Source: Perkinsus olseni (lineage: Eukaryota). From it: 64,000 bases of DNA. This document shows, piece by piece, positions 12,861 to 25,912 of this stretch. The stretch spans positions 1 to 64,000 of the forward strand of contig JABANN010000073.1 of NCBI GenBank assembly GCA_013115125.1, read 5' to 3'. Positions within the stretch are counted from its first letter, which is position 1. Every line of letters starts with the position of its first letter. Made by a program: the position numbers and the translations under genes. Under the pieces are notes generated by a model, which was given only the letters and a program-made list of their open reading frames with translations, made no database searches and was not told the DNA's origin.

Positions 12861-13128
12861 TGACGAGGCCGTTCAAATATGTTAAGTTCTGATCTACATT
12901 GTCCACTTTTTCAGCCTAGGACCTTGTCCTATGCGCTGCTATAAATACTGTGCTTGCCCCACAATGTAGGGTGCCGATCGATCTTCTGCCTTATTCGCCT
13001 TCCACAGCTGTATTTATGTGCAGTTCCTCGTTCTTTATACAGATTATCCTATTCCTGCAGAGGAACATGTGTCCTTGAGTTCACCAACAGCATATCGTGT
13101 CCGACTCAGTGTTATCTCATGCTCAACG

Positions 13129-14397
13129 ATGGGTCGCCTACGCTCCGGTACGCGCTTTCTGGTTCTCACCATCGGAGTTGCTCTCTGCCTACTCAACTCA
13201 CCGCTATTCGTTCAGCCGACCTCGCAGGTCGCAAGAGCCTCCCACTCCGCGGTGATGGGCTCAGCCAGAGGCGGGAATCTGCGCAGCTCCGCGCTCCCGT
13301 CTAGCCTTCAAACGCCATTTCCTTCATATCTCTGGGGTGTGTCTGTTGCCGTGGCCGGCCTAGGGCTCATTCTCCTTACGCGAGCAGCACTAGTTGGCCG
13401 TCGAGCACTCCCTGAGCGGTACCAGCTTACGGACGTCGACACTGGCGAGCACAGATCCTTCTGGCATGATGTGGGTCTCGCACTGGGTCAAGGTTCTTAC
13501 AGCGTGCTGGGTTGAGGCTTGCCGCGAGCTGCAGTTCATCCGAAATCACGCAGGAGTGCTCCCAGAGTGTGGTCATCTGCGTATCAGATACCTCTCCGTG
13601 GTAGCGAAGGAAAGTTCATGTTCGTGACAGAAATTCCCCGGGGACTCCTTGCACGATACGAGCTCGAACCGGATACATCGGACATAGCCAACGACCCTCG
13701 TGGCACCGCAGCATTGAAGAAGTGAGCAGTCGGACCCTTCGGCATTGGTCGCGTCTCAGAGATGGTTTATCAGATTGGGGACCGGGCCATGTTTCAACTA
13801 CGGTTTTCTACCACAGACATGGTCGGACCCCGTGGATTGGCATGACAAGATCACCGGCCTCAAGGGCGACGGTGATCCTCTCGACCTCATTGAGATCTCT
13901 GGTGCGAATTATCTTCTGTTCGTCACCATCCACTTCAGTATACGCTCAGGTAAACATTTGAAGCCGGGTGAAGTGGCTCAAGTGCAAGTGCTCGGGGCCG
14001 TGTGTTTGATCGATGAGGTAAGTCGGATGCTGCCTTGTTTGGTTTTGTGAATTTATCGGCGACAGGGAGCTGCGGATTGGAAGTTGATCGGAACAGCATG
14101 CTGCAAAAAACTCACGGAGAAAGAGGTCGCCCAGGAAATGAAGAAGGTCAAGGCATGGATGGATGGCTATAAAGCGCTGTTCGCCAAGGAGCCCACACGT
14201 AAGTTTCACCGTAATGGCTCGCAGGAGACTAGCGATTAGTTTTCGGATGTGCTTCAGAGTGGTACCTCGACGGGATGATATTTGACCGTACAGTTGCTTT
14301 GGACTTGATTGACCAGCAAAACAAGGTGTGGCTTGAAAAGAAGGGTGCGACTGCCAGTAAAGCAACCTCGAAGAATTTCAAGGTCGTGACTAGATAA
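13129..14397 (+). CDS. ppa: Family I soluble inorganic pyrophosphatase with long N-terminal targeting presequence
   Basis: SFWHD/IPL, EIPRG, FNYGFLPQTWSDP, GDGDPLD and LIDE/GAADWKLI motifs across exons; about 92-aa presequence with two hydrophobic segments. Confidence 0.9.
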
Positions 14398-15017
14398 CTG
14401 TGTTTCTCCAGAAAACGGCCGCGCTTTGGTTTGCAATGTAAGTTGCGAGAAGTGCACATACACGCCGCAGCATTGACCGTGGAGCCGCCGAAAGCTTCAC
14501 ACTCTGAGGTACATGTATGATATTTCGGCGGGGTCAAAGCGGATGGCGAACCTTCGATATGGAGCACGAGAATGTAACGAATTGTGCTGCGAGCTCAGCG
14601 TGAAGCGTGTGAACGGTGCTGACCCGGTCCCTAATAACCCAGTAGCGGGAACGGCTTTGGAATCGCATGGGATAAACCAGTCGAGGGTCCCCCGAGTGAA
14701 GGTAAATCAGGTAGATGAACCGCGAACTCCTCACATGCAGCCGATGAAATCAGTCTACACTGCTATAACCCTCGAGAGGAAGTCCGGGGACTACCATAGT
14801 TTGATTCTTTATCGCCGTTCCGGTGAAATTCACACCATATGCGTTGACGCACTAGATGGAACTACACAACTCTCCGCAACTCTCCATCAGCCGCCCGATC
14901 CTAAGCTAAGAGAACCTCCCCGCTTCGCTCTTGCGCTCTAATGGACATGCCACCCGTCTCAGATTGGTCGCTTCGACGGCAACACAAAAGGCTTGAAGAG
15001 AGAAAGACTAGAAGTTG

Positions 15018-16211
15018 TTAGAAAACCTCAATGGTCTCTTTTGATTCCAGCCTGACACTCGGATCGTGTTGAAGCCGCAATGCGAACAGACAGCATGACC
15101 GAGCGCTCTGGTTCGTTCTCTCCGAGGCGAGCACCGAAACCTCCCAACGAATGTCGGCAACCGGCGCCACGTACCACGACACCCAGTGAGACCGCGATCC
15201 ATCTTCCTTAGGCCCTCGTAGAACACCATCAATTTCAGTACGGACTCTTTCGAACATATCATAAATCCAAACCTGAGGATCCTGATGCCATATACCAACG
15301 AAGGACGGGCACGTGCCTGAATCCGTTCCTGGCAGGAATCGGTACTCCCCGGCCATCATTTGGTGATAAATTTCGCACGAGTCAACCCCAGGACCCCAAA
15401 GTCGGAGACAGCACTTGCTTCCACCGGTATAACAGAGCACTCGTGTAACCTGGCCATCCTTCACCACAGCGTCCACAAAACTAGGGAAGAATCTCACTTC
15501 CCCTCCGCGCTCCGGGGACCAGTGTTCGTAGTCCATGTTGAGGATGTAAGTGAACTGCAGTGTCGAGGGCTCGACACGTAAAAGACCGTGCGAGGTGCCT
15601 AGAATCACGAAGAGCTGGCCACCAGCGGTAGCGAGATTGAGTATCGGCTCAGGAAATTGGACGACAGCTGCGACTTGAGCCTGCTTGCGAAGCGATCTCT
15701 CACGCAGACGCGTTTCATCTGAACGTAATACATAATAGAGATAGTTTTCGATGACAATTGCTGAGTAATATGCGCTCTCAAGCTTAAACAAAAAATCTGG
15801 TTCACTAGCTACCGAGCCGTCCTCCTCGTAGTCGATGCGATGAACCATGCGGCCATTGTTGCGCTGGTATACGCCGTAGACCTCCTCTTTAGTGTAGCAA
15901 TCCGAATCGAATACGACAAACCCTTGCGGGAATTCGACCATTTTCTCCAGTTGCCACCGATTCGGAATCACTGGAGGAAGAAAGCTCCAAACGTCCACAG
16001 TCAAGTGCTCGTATGTACGACTGGATAGGTCAGGGAGCATCTCCAGTCTTGCAGCGAACAGAAAACGTGGAGAAGCCATGTTCGAAGGCAAAAACGGGCA
16101 ACGGCTAGAAGGGATGGTACTTCCCCGAAACGGAGAAACACTAACATCATGTCGTGATCTGGTTTCAATAGAGTGGAACACGCGTGCACTCACTGCTGGT
16201 GAACTTTCCAC
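15018..16211 (-). CDS. Hypothetical protein, intronless, probably beta-rich/propeller-like
   Basis: 397-codon uninterrupted ORF with protein-like composition. True start may be ATG 16079 (MASPRF). No family recognised. Confidence 0.6.
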   Translation of the reverse strand: MESSPAVSARVFHSIETRSRHDVSVSPFRGSTIPSSRCPFLPSNMASPRFLFAARLEMLPDLSSRTYEHLTVDVWSFLPPVIPNRWQLEKMVEFPQGFVVFDSDCYTKEEVYGVYQRNNGRMVHRIDYEEDGSVASEPDFLFKLESAYYSAIVIENYLYYVLRSDETRLRERSLRKQAQVAAVVQFPEPILNLATAGGQLFVILGTSHGLLRVEPSTLQFTYILNMDYEHWSPERGGEVRFFPSFVDAVVKDGQVTRVLCYTGGSKCCLRLWGPGVDSCEIYHQMMAGEYRFLPGTDSGTCPSFVGIWHQDPQVWIYDMFERVRTEIDGVLRGPKEDGSRSHWVSWYVAPVADIRWEVSVLASERTNQSARSCCLFALRLQHDPSVRLESKETIEVF

Positions 16212-16510
16212 CGCTGATACATCGCTCGATCAGCCAGATCACAGGTCACACACCGGTCAGAGACCAGTATGACGGCCCGCGCAGTGCCTGCTACTAGCAG
16301 GTTGCTAGGGCTACAATGAGGTACTGAAGGTTGAACGGCATCCTATGGTAAAAGCGAAGGCGTCGTTGAGCACAGACGGATGAGTCTGAGATAGTCGGCA
16401 ATCCTCCCCTCACCGCTACATTCAAATTGATTGAACAGAACAAGCCATTTGCAATCGACGGGCCTCAGCGATCGACACTCAAAATGATGATATGACACTC
16501 GGGAGAACAC

Positions 16511-17583
16511 TCACTCTATGCCGAGATAGTTAGAAGCCAGGAGAACCTCCAGCGCTATGCTCTCGTCCATCGGGAAATCAGGAATAGGCTCCTGAGACAA
16601 GTAGCAGCGACTGAACCATTTCAAACCTCTGCATCAAACACCGGGGAGAACATTGAAGCAGCAAAAGGTATATGGCCGCACATGTTGAAGATTTGAGAAG
16701 TTCCAATATCGAAGACCACTATCACATTCCGTTCAGTCTCTCACAGAGACCAGGGACGCCCACTGTATTACTTCAGAATCGGTGTACTTGTGAAGGTAGT
16801 AGAGGTAATCAACAACGCAGGAGAGTACTTTTCCTCGTATCGTGGGGAGATTAATAACGCCATCCTCGCTCTCAACGAACCTTCCCGGTCCTGCAAGACA
16901 CAAATCGGCGCGTCATCGACCAGCTTTTCAGCTGACGGAATGCTCCTCAGCAGACAGTTTCAAGTCGCCGCGAGACGCCAGTGAACTACTAGAGGAAATC
17001 CCTTCTCTTGCTGTTTAGCCTGGTGGTAGTGTGAGACTCTCCGACGGCTCACCTTGGACCATCGCCCTGATTGTAGGAGCCTGGCAGGCTATATCTTTGT
17101 CGAGCCGGATCTCCTTCCCGTCCGAGCTGAAAGCAAACAGACCAGAGTGGATAGTCCATAAAGTTGATAGACCAGACCAAGCTGAATATTCCGGTCTGCA
17201 TAACTCGAGATTCGCGGTGCGAGGTCGCGTGCCATGCCATATAAAACGCCCAGGGATTCGTTGCAGTGCAGCCAACATGAATCCGATCGCCATGTATTGC
17301 CATACAACAAGGCAATCTATTCTGAAGCCTCATACGAAACTATCTCGCAGAGGGCCGCAGTACATTCCGGCAAAATATTTCTGCACATGGCAAGTTCCAC
17401 AAGCTGTCGTATGTGAGAGCGTCACTAGAGCATAGGTTGATTCTCGTGTAACCAAGCACATCCTCTACGAGATGGCTTGCAGCGCCTCATTGTGGCACCC
17501 CTTTAGCCCGAGTCCTCTCACGCTTAGTACCTCCGCAGCTTGACGAACTCGGCACGCCCATCTTTGCCAGCGTCGACGGTCAT
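16511..17583 (-). CDS. ELOC: Elongin C (Skp1/BTB family), 4 exons, 108 aa
   Basis: Exons 17583-17531, 17126-17053, 16890-16772 and 16591-16511, all GT-AG, give MTVDAGKDGRAEFVKLRSSDGKEIRLDKDIACQAPTIRAMVQGPGRFVESEDGVINLPTIRGKVLSCVVDYLYYLHKYTDSEEPIPDFPMDESIALEVLLASNYLGIE. Confidence 0.93.
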
Positions 17584-18778
17584 AGGCAAAAACGCATGAA
17601 CTGACGGCAACCTTTCATACTATCAAGTAACTCTTTGTACAGAATTTCACGCTGCAGCTTCTATGCCTACACTTTGACAATGTGAGCACCATTTTCGACG
17701 GATGAGCAGCACCGCGTGCCTAGATGCTTTCGCCGGAACTCTTATCCCGGATAGTACAGCAACTCTCAACAAATTCTTTCCTTGCCACGGACTTACCAGT
17801 GACGGATGACAATGCCTACTCATGGTTGAATCACGGCACGTCATCCACTCAGTGAAGAACGGTTCTCTCTCTATCCACCGCACCCTCGCGTTAGTTCAGC
17901 CATTGACAGGCTGCAACGGGCATATGCTACATACGCACGTATTAGCACGAGTAGACGTAGTGTAGGAGACATCGCGCTACTCGAAAGAACCTGTTGAAGA
18001 GAAGTTGAAGGTCTGTCCTGGTCGGAGTCCCTACAAGCCCTTGCTGAGGGGAAGGCTCCTACGGAGAGACAGCTGTGTGCTTACTTTTAGTCTGCTTAAA
18101 TATGACGGTCTACACAGCCGCCGAAGTTTTTAGGTCGTGAAACCATGCAGTCGCCAACATTGGATTCCGGGGTATCCGGGGTGTTCCGTGAATCGATCCC
18201 GGGGCTGAATATCAGTTCGAGAAGTGACCGGACTGCGTTTGGTTCGGTTGGCTCCTTATCTTTCGAAGTCTTGCGCTGTACATGCGTGCAAGAATCTTGT
18301 GTTGGCTGTCCCAATTACCTGCTGGCCATTTTGATCTTTACAATACACCGGGTGCTTCGGGTCTGTTTATCTTGTATGATCGAAGCATTGTCCCAGCAAA
18401 GATCTTCATAGGCTCGAAGCTGGAGTTTGGGCCCCGGCCTTAAAACGCGACTACGCCTCACATTCCCGTGCGACAAATTTGCAGCCCTGGGCGGAGAACA
18501 GTATCAACTTCAGAAGAGGGACTTCAACCACTATCTCATAAATTCTCATTCCAGCGGTCGGCTCATGAGGAGGGTGTCGGGACACAGGTTTTGAGTTACA
18601 CAAACTGTGTCCGAGTGCTCGCTTTAATTTGTGCAATTCGTCTTCTTTGCTTCTGGGGGACAGCTAGGTTGAGTAGTGTTATTCAACATGTATGTGATTG
18701 CACGAAATTGGAAAGATTCTATATCGTTTCCTGCTCAGTTGTTTTGCCCCTCAATTTACAAACATTATCAATTTCGCC

Positions 18779-21700
18779 ATGGGTTTCGGCGTCACCGTCG
18801 TTGTAATCTGGAGTGCCGTGTTACTGTTCCTAATACTGGCAACAATCGGCTTCGTCATTTACCGGAGAGCACGTACTAATTGGCTCTTTGCAAAAGGGAG
18901 CGAACTGAAGGAGAAAAGCGCCGACATGGGATTGCGTCGGCTAACCTTCCACAGCCCTGATGAGCGGGAACGTCTCTTCGTTCAGTCTGGTCACAGGAGG
19001 TGTTGGTTCGGTGCGTTCCTTCTGATTGGTTGGTGTGCGGTTCTTATTTGCTCTGGCGTCAACATGGTCTTCTTCGCGATTATATCGTACTTCCCGGATG
19101 TTCTGAGTAGTTGGGGTACCGACTGGAATGGTGTTATGGGTCCCTGGCTTTACGTATTTGTACTCTTTCATGTGCTTGCGGCGATCATGATCACGTTCTT
19201 TCACGTTATGCGAGTGAATTTCATGCTGCCGGAAGTGAGCATGAGAGAGGCTACTCATGTGCTTATCGAGGAGGAAGTAGATGCTATCGACGAGAGCGAC
19301 ATGATTGACCCTGGCATGACGGAAGACGAGGCTGTCCCCGGTGTAGCGAGGCAGATTTACAACGTTTGGAATAACATGAAGAGCAAGTACAAGCAGGCTT
19401 CGTGTACTACTTTGGTCCCGGTTACGATCGACAAGAAGACGAAACACCGGGGTTTCGAGTACACCTGCGTGCGGTATCTCTATGATGAAAAGAATGACAG
19501 GTTCCGTCCTGTTGGTACTGCGGAGAAAACTGCCGATGAAGCGCACGCTTTGTTGAAGGTTGGTGGGATGTCTTCGAAGGAGGCTGCCAACATGGAGAAG
19601 ATTACCGGTCCTAATGCCATCAAGGTTAGGGTTCCGGGGATTTTCGAAAGTATCTTGGTAGAGTTCTGCGATGTCATCTACGTTTTCCAATCAATCGGTG
19701 CTTGGTCCTATGTTGCATTCTCCACTTGGAACATCGGTATCATCTGGCTGATTATGATGCTAGGCGCCGGTCTTATCCGAGCGCTTTTGATCGTTCGGGT
19801 CAGTCAGAAGAAGATCGCTAAGATGGCCAAGCTGGAGACTTGCGTCCACGTCCTTAGGGACGGCGAATGGGTCGAAGTAGGATCCCAGGATGTGGTTCTT
19901 GGGGATTTGGTTCGAGTCGAGGAGCAGGACCCACTTCCTTGTGATGGTATTGTCGTCAGCGGTACTGTTATTGTGAACGAGTCTATGCTAACTGGCGAGC
20001 CTATGCCAATCCAGAAGTTCCCGCTAGAGGACATGCGAGGTGCAACCGTTGGCCAGAAGAACCGAGCATATGCTGGTGAGTTCTGGGCTCCTCCGTTCTG
20101 GTTGGTGCTAAATCTCGACCGCTGACGTGCCTTCCAGCGCCTCGCTTGGTCATTCTTATTTTCTCTATCGTCAGGTACGATATGTATGCAGTCTACCGGC
20201 TCGTTCGACGGGAAGGCCGTGATGTTGTGTACAGCCGTCGGTGCTCTCACGAGCAAGGGCCAGCTGGTCCGGATGGTCTTATTCCCTCAGTCTGTGAGGT
20301 AGGTTCTCGCATGTCCAAGTGATTGGTTGATGACTCAGTCTTTGTTGCCCTTCAGGTTCAAGTATAATGACCAACTACCGATAATCTACACTATCATGTT
20401 CTGCTATGCTATGTTGATCACCGTCCTCTATGCAACCCTTACTGACCTTGGTTCTTGGATCGTTACGGTATTGCAGATCCTGAACACTATTGCACAGTCC
20501 ATGAACCCCATGCTTCCTGTGTCGATGGTGATGGGTCAGTCTGTGGCGTCGAAGAGGCTTGAGAGGAAGGAGAAAATCGCCTGCCTGCAGCCCGGACGAA
20601 TTCCCGTTGCGGGCAAGATATCTACTATGGTGTTCGACAAGACGGGAACCATCACGAAGGATGGCATGGACTTCGCCGCAGTGATCCCCGTTGACTTGGC
20701 ATCGGGTGATTTCTTGGATAGAGTTGTTTTTGACAACGACTTGCCTGTCGGTGATGACACTAACCACCATCTGGTGGCTGAGAAGGTTCCGCTGATAGTG
20801 CAGTACGGTCTGGCTTCGTGTCACACTGTCACATCTCTTCGTGACGGTAGTTTGGTGGGCAACCATGTGGACGTTGCTATGCTGACCACCACTGGATGGT
20901 CACTCCCTGATCCCGATTCGGGAAGCAACGTTATCGAGTCCCCTGCCGGTGTTGCCTCTCATAAGCTGGAGGTCGTGAAGGCTCTGGACTTTGATCACAA
21001 GCGTATGACGTCCGGAGCGGTGGTTCGAGATTTGGATACTAACGAGGTGATGGTCATCGTCAAGGGTTCTTACGAGCGTATCAATGCTCTTTCTGTGAAG
21101 GAGTCTATCCCTGGTGACTTTGTCACCGTCTCTGAGCAGTGTGCCGCTGACAACTTCTATACGCTCGCCATGGCGATCAAGACCCTGCCGAGCTCCATCT
21201 CAGACGAGGAGGTCGTCGCGACGAGTCGTGACAAGCTCGAAGACGGTTTGAGAATGTGTGGTTTGCTGCTCTTCCGCAACGAGATGAAGCACGATTCGCC
21301 TGCTGCTATTCAAGCTCTCAAGGACGGCAACGTGCGCAGTGTGGTTTGTACTGGTGATAACGTCTTGACTGGCGTTGCGATTGCAAAGCAATGCCATATA
21401 TTGGACGGTGATGCTGAGGGAAGAATTCTCATTGGAGATTTTAACAAGGAGTCGAAGGATTTGATCTGGTCCGATTCTGATACTGGCGAGCAGGACTGCA
21501 CCCCTGTACCGGGCGTTGATCAATTGGCTGTCACTCAGGGTGCTTGGAGGTACTTGCATTCCCACCGGGAGAAGTTGGAGGCTGTTTGGGAGGACATCTT
21601 CGTGTTCGCCCGTATGAAGCCCGAGGACAAGGTTAACGTTACGAAGTACCTCCAATCTCAGAAGTTGGTCGTTGGCATGTGTGGTGATGGTGGTAACGAC

Positions 21701-22849
21701 TGTGGCGCCCTTCGTGCTGCTCATGCCGGTATGGCTCTGTCTGATGCCGAAGCATCAATGGTATCGCCTTTCAGTTCTGGTCGTGATGGTCGATCCCTCT
21801 TCACGGTTGTCGATATGATCCGTGAGGGTCGCGCCTGCCTCACAACACAGCTTGCTACCTACTCCTTTTTCATCGTTTACGGCTATGTACTAACCTGTAT
21901 CCGTCTATCGGGTACCATCATCGGTAACATCAACGTGGGCGAATGGGTCTGGTTGACTATGGATATCATGATTGGTGTGATCATGGTGTGGACGATGACT
22001 TTGTCTGGACCACCCAAGAAGCTAGCAAGGTTCCGCCCTACAGCCTCATTGTTGGGGTGGAGGACTATCCTTGCTTGTGCGGTCCCAATCGTCAGCTATT
22101 ATATCTTCCAGATCATCACCTACGCTGTTCTATGGTCACCGTCGAATTCGAGTTGGTATGAGCACGTGAATACCCTTGACATTGACGTGCCTCCTAAAGA
22201 CTGGATGAAGAAGGGCGACAACTATGATGCTCCTCCTCAAGTGTTCATGCTCTTCACTGTGCTCGTCACCCAAGCGTACGTGGCTACTTACGGAGGCCAC
22301 TTCAGAAAGAACATTGTGTTCAACTGGGCTATCAACATTCTCTACGGTTGCTTACTTGTTATGATATTCAGCCTCTTGTGGGAAGAGCCAAGCGACTTCC
22401 CCTGTGTTTATCGTGTCAACTGTGACACAGGCTCGTCACTTGAGACGAAGAACATCCCACTCATCTCACAGTACTCCGTTGGTGACATTGGCGGCTGCTT
22501 CTTGGGACCTCAAGTACGCACTTACCAGTTGTCAACACTTGAAATGGACGGTTGGATTCCTGATCCGGCTTACGACTGCAGACCCAATGGTCCCGGCTCC
22601 GATATTGCAATAGAGAAGTATCCCTGGACGTCACCCGAGATATCAACTCTTGGTTATGATGGTCCTAATAATGCCTATCCAAGAAGCTATCGTCTAGCAA
22701 TGACTTGGATACTTGTTGGCTATATTCTACTTCAGCATTTGTTCGTCCAGTTCGGTTTGCTCGGACCTCTATCTGCATACCTCAGGAAGCTCCAGATGCG
22801 CAGGCGTGAGAAAGAGGTGGCTATCAGCGAGAAGGATACGAGTGGTTAG
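18779..22849 (+). CDS. P5-type (ATP13-like) P-type ATPase; introns 20076-20174 and 20299-20355
   Basis: NESMLTGE, FDKTGTIT, CTGDN, FARMKPEDK, and the P5-type MCGDGGNDCGALRAAHAG and EASMVSPFSS motifs. Confidence 0.93.
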
Positions 22850-23309
22850 ACTCCCTCACAAGGGGATCTCTCACCTCCTCGCAGTGGAGGTTTACTTATT
22901 TTTGCTCAGACGGTCTGAGCCTTTTTTCGTGCATCCCTTATGTGGGATTCGCACGCTCTTTATGACACGGAGCGGCGCTGGGAATCGGTGAAGCGATTCC
23001 CTGCGCCACTTAGTGTCGTCTCCTCTGTTTACTTGACCTTCTTAGCAAGTCTTATTGCGTTGAAAAAAGATCACTTTCGAAAACTAGTACCTACAGTACT
23101 ATCTTTTTCTGGTACTAGTTCAGCAGTACTAAGATTAGAAGAAAGTCAGTAATATTTTCAGTGATTGACACGTGTGCTGTTGAGTTAGTTACCTCTTGAC
23201 CTGGTGGGTCGTGGAGCTCGCAGTTGTCTGCCAATTGGTCCTTGTGTGTTGGGATTGGGAGCGAACCTGTGAGTCCTAGCCGAAACTTCAAGCGACAGTT
23301 TCTGAGAAT

Positions 23310-25912
23310 ATGACGGTTCTTGAGAAGACTGTGGAGCTTCTTGGAAATTCGCTGGCAGATCTTGAACCCGTCGAGTTCAACCTGGCAGGAGCAGATCTGG
23401 ATGATGCTACAGTGGAAAGCGTTCTCTGCCCGGCCATAAGCGACACCAAGAGGGGACTCACGGGTGAGTTATATGGCTGCTAGCACCGGGCGGGGGAGGA
23501 GAATGGCATCCACATAGCCGAGTTTTCGTCGAATAGAATATTGGTGGTCTATCAATATATCAATCCGATGGTTACCGCTTCTTTAGAAGTAAAAGCTTTT
23601 CTCCCTAGGATTAGTGTATACTACTCAACGTACTGTTCGTAGGATTGTTTCTCCGGTATGCACTAGCTTCATAGTTCTATGAGCTCAGCAGTGATGCGTC
23701 TCCACTACGGTGTTCCCGAAGTGGCATCTTCAGGTGTCCTAGATCTGAGCGACAATCCTGCCTTAACAGACGAGGCCATCATTCGTCTATGCGCAGCCAT
23801 GGAGAGAAAACGGGTACGCTCTTGGAGTAGTTGGTCCCTATCATAGTACGACAATCATACTTAACTTCATCGTAGATGCTCTCCATCGACTCCATCGTGT
23901 TGGACAACTGCAGTGGTGTTCATGACAGATCCGGAAGAGCCCTCGTCAAGGTTATCAAGGCAACCCAGGCGGGTGGGGTCTCGTCCTGCTCGTCCACGCT
24001 CTGGAAGTCACTTTCATGTAGCTTCCGCGCTCGGAAGTGCGTCTCAGATTCATTGAGGGTCTTGTCAATCAGAGGAACAGCTGTGCACGATGACGGTGTC
24101 GCCGATTTGCTCGCAGCACTCCGGGAGCAGGAGGTATTCAGCCAGGGGCGCATTCGCATGACAAGCAGCTTTTACTGTCACCCGGTTGCTAAATCGAAGG
24201 GTGCTACATATTCAATTGCGAACTGGCACCGAACCGTCCGATAGTGTCACGCCAGGATGGCCGGTCTCTCAGTTGCCCTTGCGTGAGCTCCACCTGAGTC
24301 GGGTGGGCATTCATGGCCTGGGATATCTTTTGAGCTACCTTGGATCCGATCGTAAGGCCGAAGATCGTTTGGGTCGGTGGTGGTCACTGTCTTCATTTAG
24401 TGGCGAAAAAACATCTAGAAGTGTTGTCAATCGAGGCCATACTCGCTACTGATAATGTTGGTCTTATGGCCAAGCACCAGCTGCAATCTAACCAAGTAAG
24501 CGGAATTCCAGAGTACCGCTTTAACGATCAGAGCAGGTGGCACTTAGTTCGTTCAACGCGTCACCCCTCGATGGTTTTCACAGTATGCTGCCTCAACTCC
24601 GAGGAATAGTTGCCACAATAGCTCTACTTTTCACGGGTCTACCTCCTACGTGATGCGGCGCATGCGAAGCATTCTCGGCCTATCACTGAAAACTTGCCAA
24701 CGTATAGAAGCGACCATGTGGTTCACGATATGGTCCGGCTCTTGCGAAGGGCGGTTGCGCACTAGGCGTCCGATAGCGGGTGGCTGCTCAGGACCCCAGG
24801 ACGATCGATACAAGTGGCTACGGGGAGCAGGAAAGTGTTGAGACTACGGAGGTGCGGTAGAGCCTGGCTGAGCCATTGCTACAGCAGTGTCCATCTCACG
24901 TGTTTGCGGCTAACCGGTCTGGCTGGCGTTGAAGCTACACCCGATGCCACGCAGCTGGCTCGTTTGCTGCATCTAGCTCCCGGACTTCTCCTCAGGATGA
25001 CGGGGAAGGCGGCGAGGACGACGACGACGAGGAGGAGGCTCGCGCGAGGCGGCAAATGGTTGAACGGCGGAAGAGATGGGAGAGCTGCATGTACGACTTG
25101 TAAATCCGCGCATCTCCACACTATCAAGACTGCCGAGATTCCTACATGCTATTGCTGAGGACCTCTTCAGACGCGAGAAGCTGACGGACCTTGACGGCAG
25201 TGAAGGAAACGCTATAGAAGATGATGTGGATGCGCTCGAAGGTGCTTCACGGCGTGATAGTGCTGCGCTGTCTGCAAGGAGACGACTAGAAGAACTGTTG
25301 AGGTTGATGCCTGATGCGGTGGAGAAGTGTTCCAAGGTCACGACCGTGGTGAGTGAGGGACGCGTGTCGCATCCTGAGGATTCGATTGGACAGGACATTC
25401 AATGTGACCACTTCCGTTGGATTCGAGACGCTACTAAGTTGGTGGCCGTTGAACACAAGATACAGGCGGACAGGGCTGCTGTCAATCCTGTAGGTCGCAA
25501 ATGACTTACATATTATGAGGGTGTTTTGTGAGACGTGAAACCATTAGCCGCTCCTCGTTTGGCTCCCTAGTCGCGCTAGCATTTCTTCGCACGTCGTCAC
25601 TTGTCCGTAACTGACCATGGTCAGAATAGCAACGACGGAGCATGGCAAGACACCATAGGTCGCAATTGCCGGACTGGGCCGTGTCAGTGACGTAGTAATA
25701 TTCTGATCCCTCAGGACAGGAGGAAAGGCAGCTCCTCGTGCTTCGGCTCTGCAGGTGAGTGATTCGTTACTCTTTAATTCAAGGTAAACCTTCGTGTTGC
25801 ACCAGATGATGAGAGCCCGAGTGAAAGAGAGTACATCCAGCGGTATGTGGTGCCCCACCTGACCAGAGCGGTGCGCCTTTGTGAGGAGGAGCTGCTTCGC
25901 AACGCCGCGTAA
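23310..25912 (+). CDS. Leucine-rich repeat (RNI-like) protein, multi-exon
   Basis: Exons with LRR patterns: FNLAGADLDD, VLDLSDNPALTDEA, SIVLDNCSGVHD, LRVLSIRGTAVHDDG, LRELHLSRVGI. Middle exon boundaries uncertain. Confidence 0.65.

Noticed and set aside
14513-14941. 142-aa ORF downstream of the pyrophosphatase
   Set aside because: No motifs; lies between convergent 3' ends; unsupported.
23082-23120. 10-bp inverted repeat AACTAGTACC...GGTACTAGTT
   Set aside because: Isolated and short, with no TSD or other element evidence.
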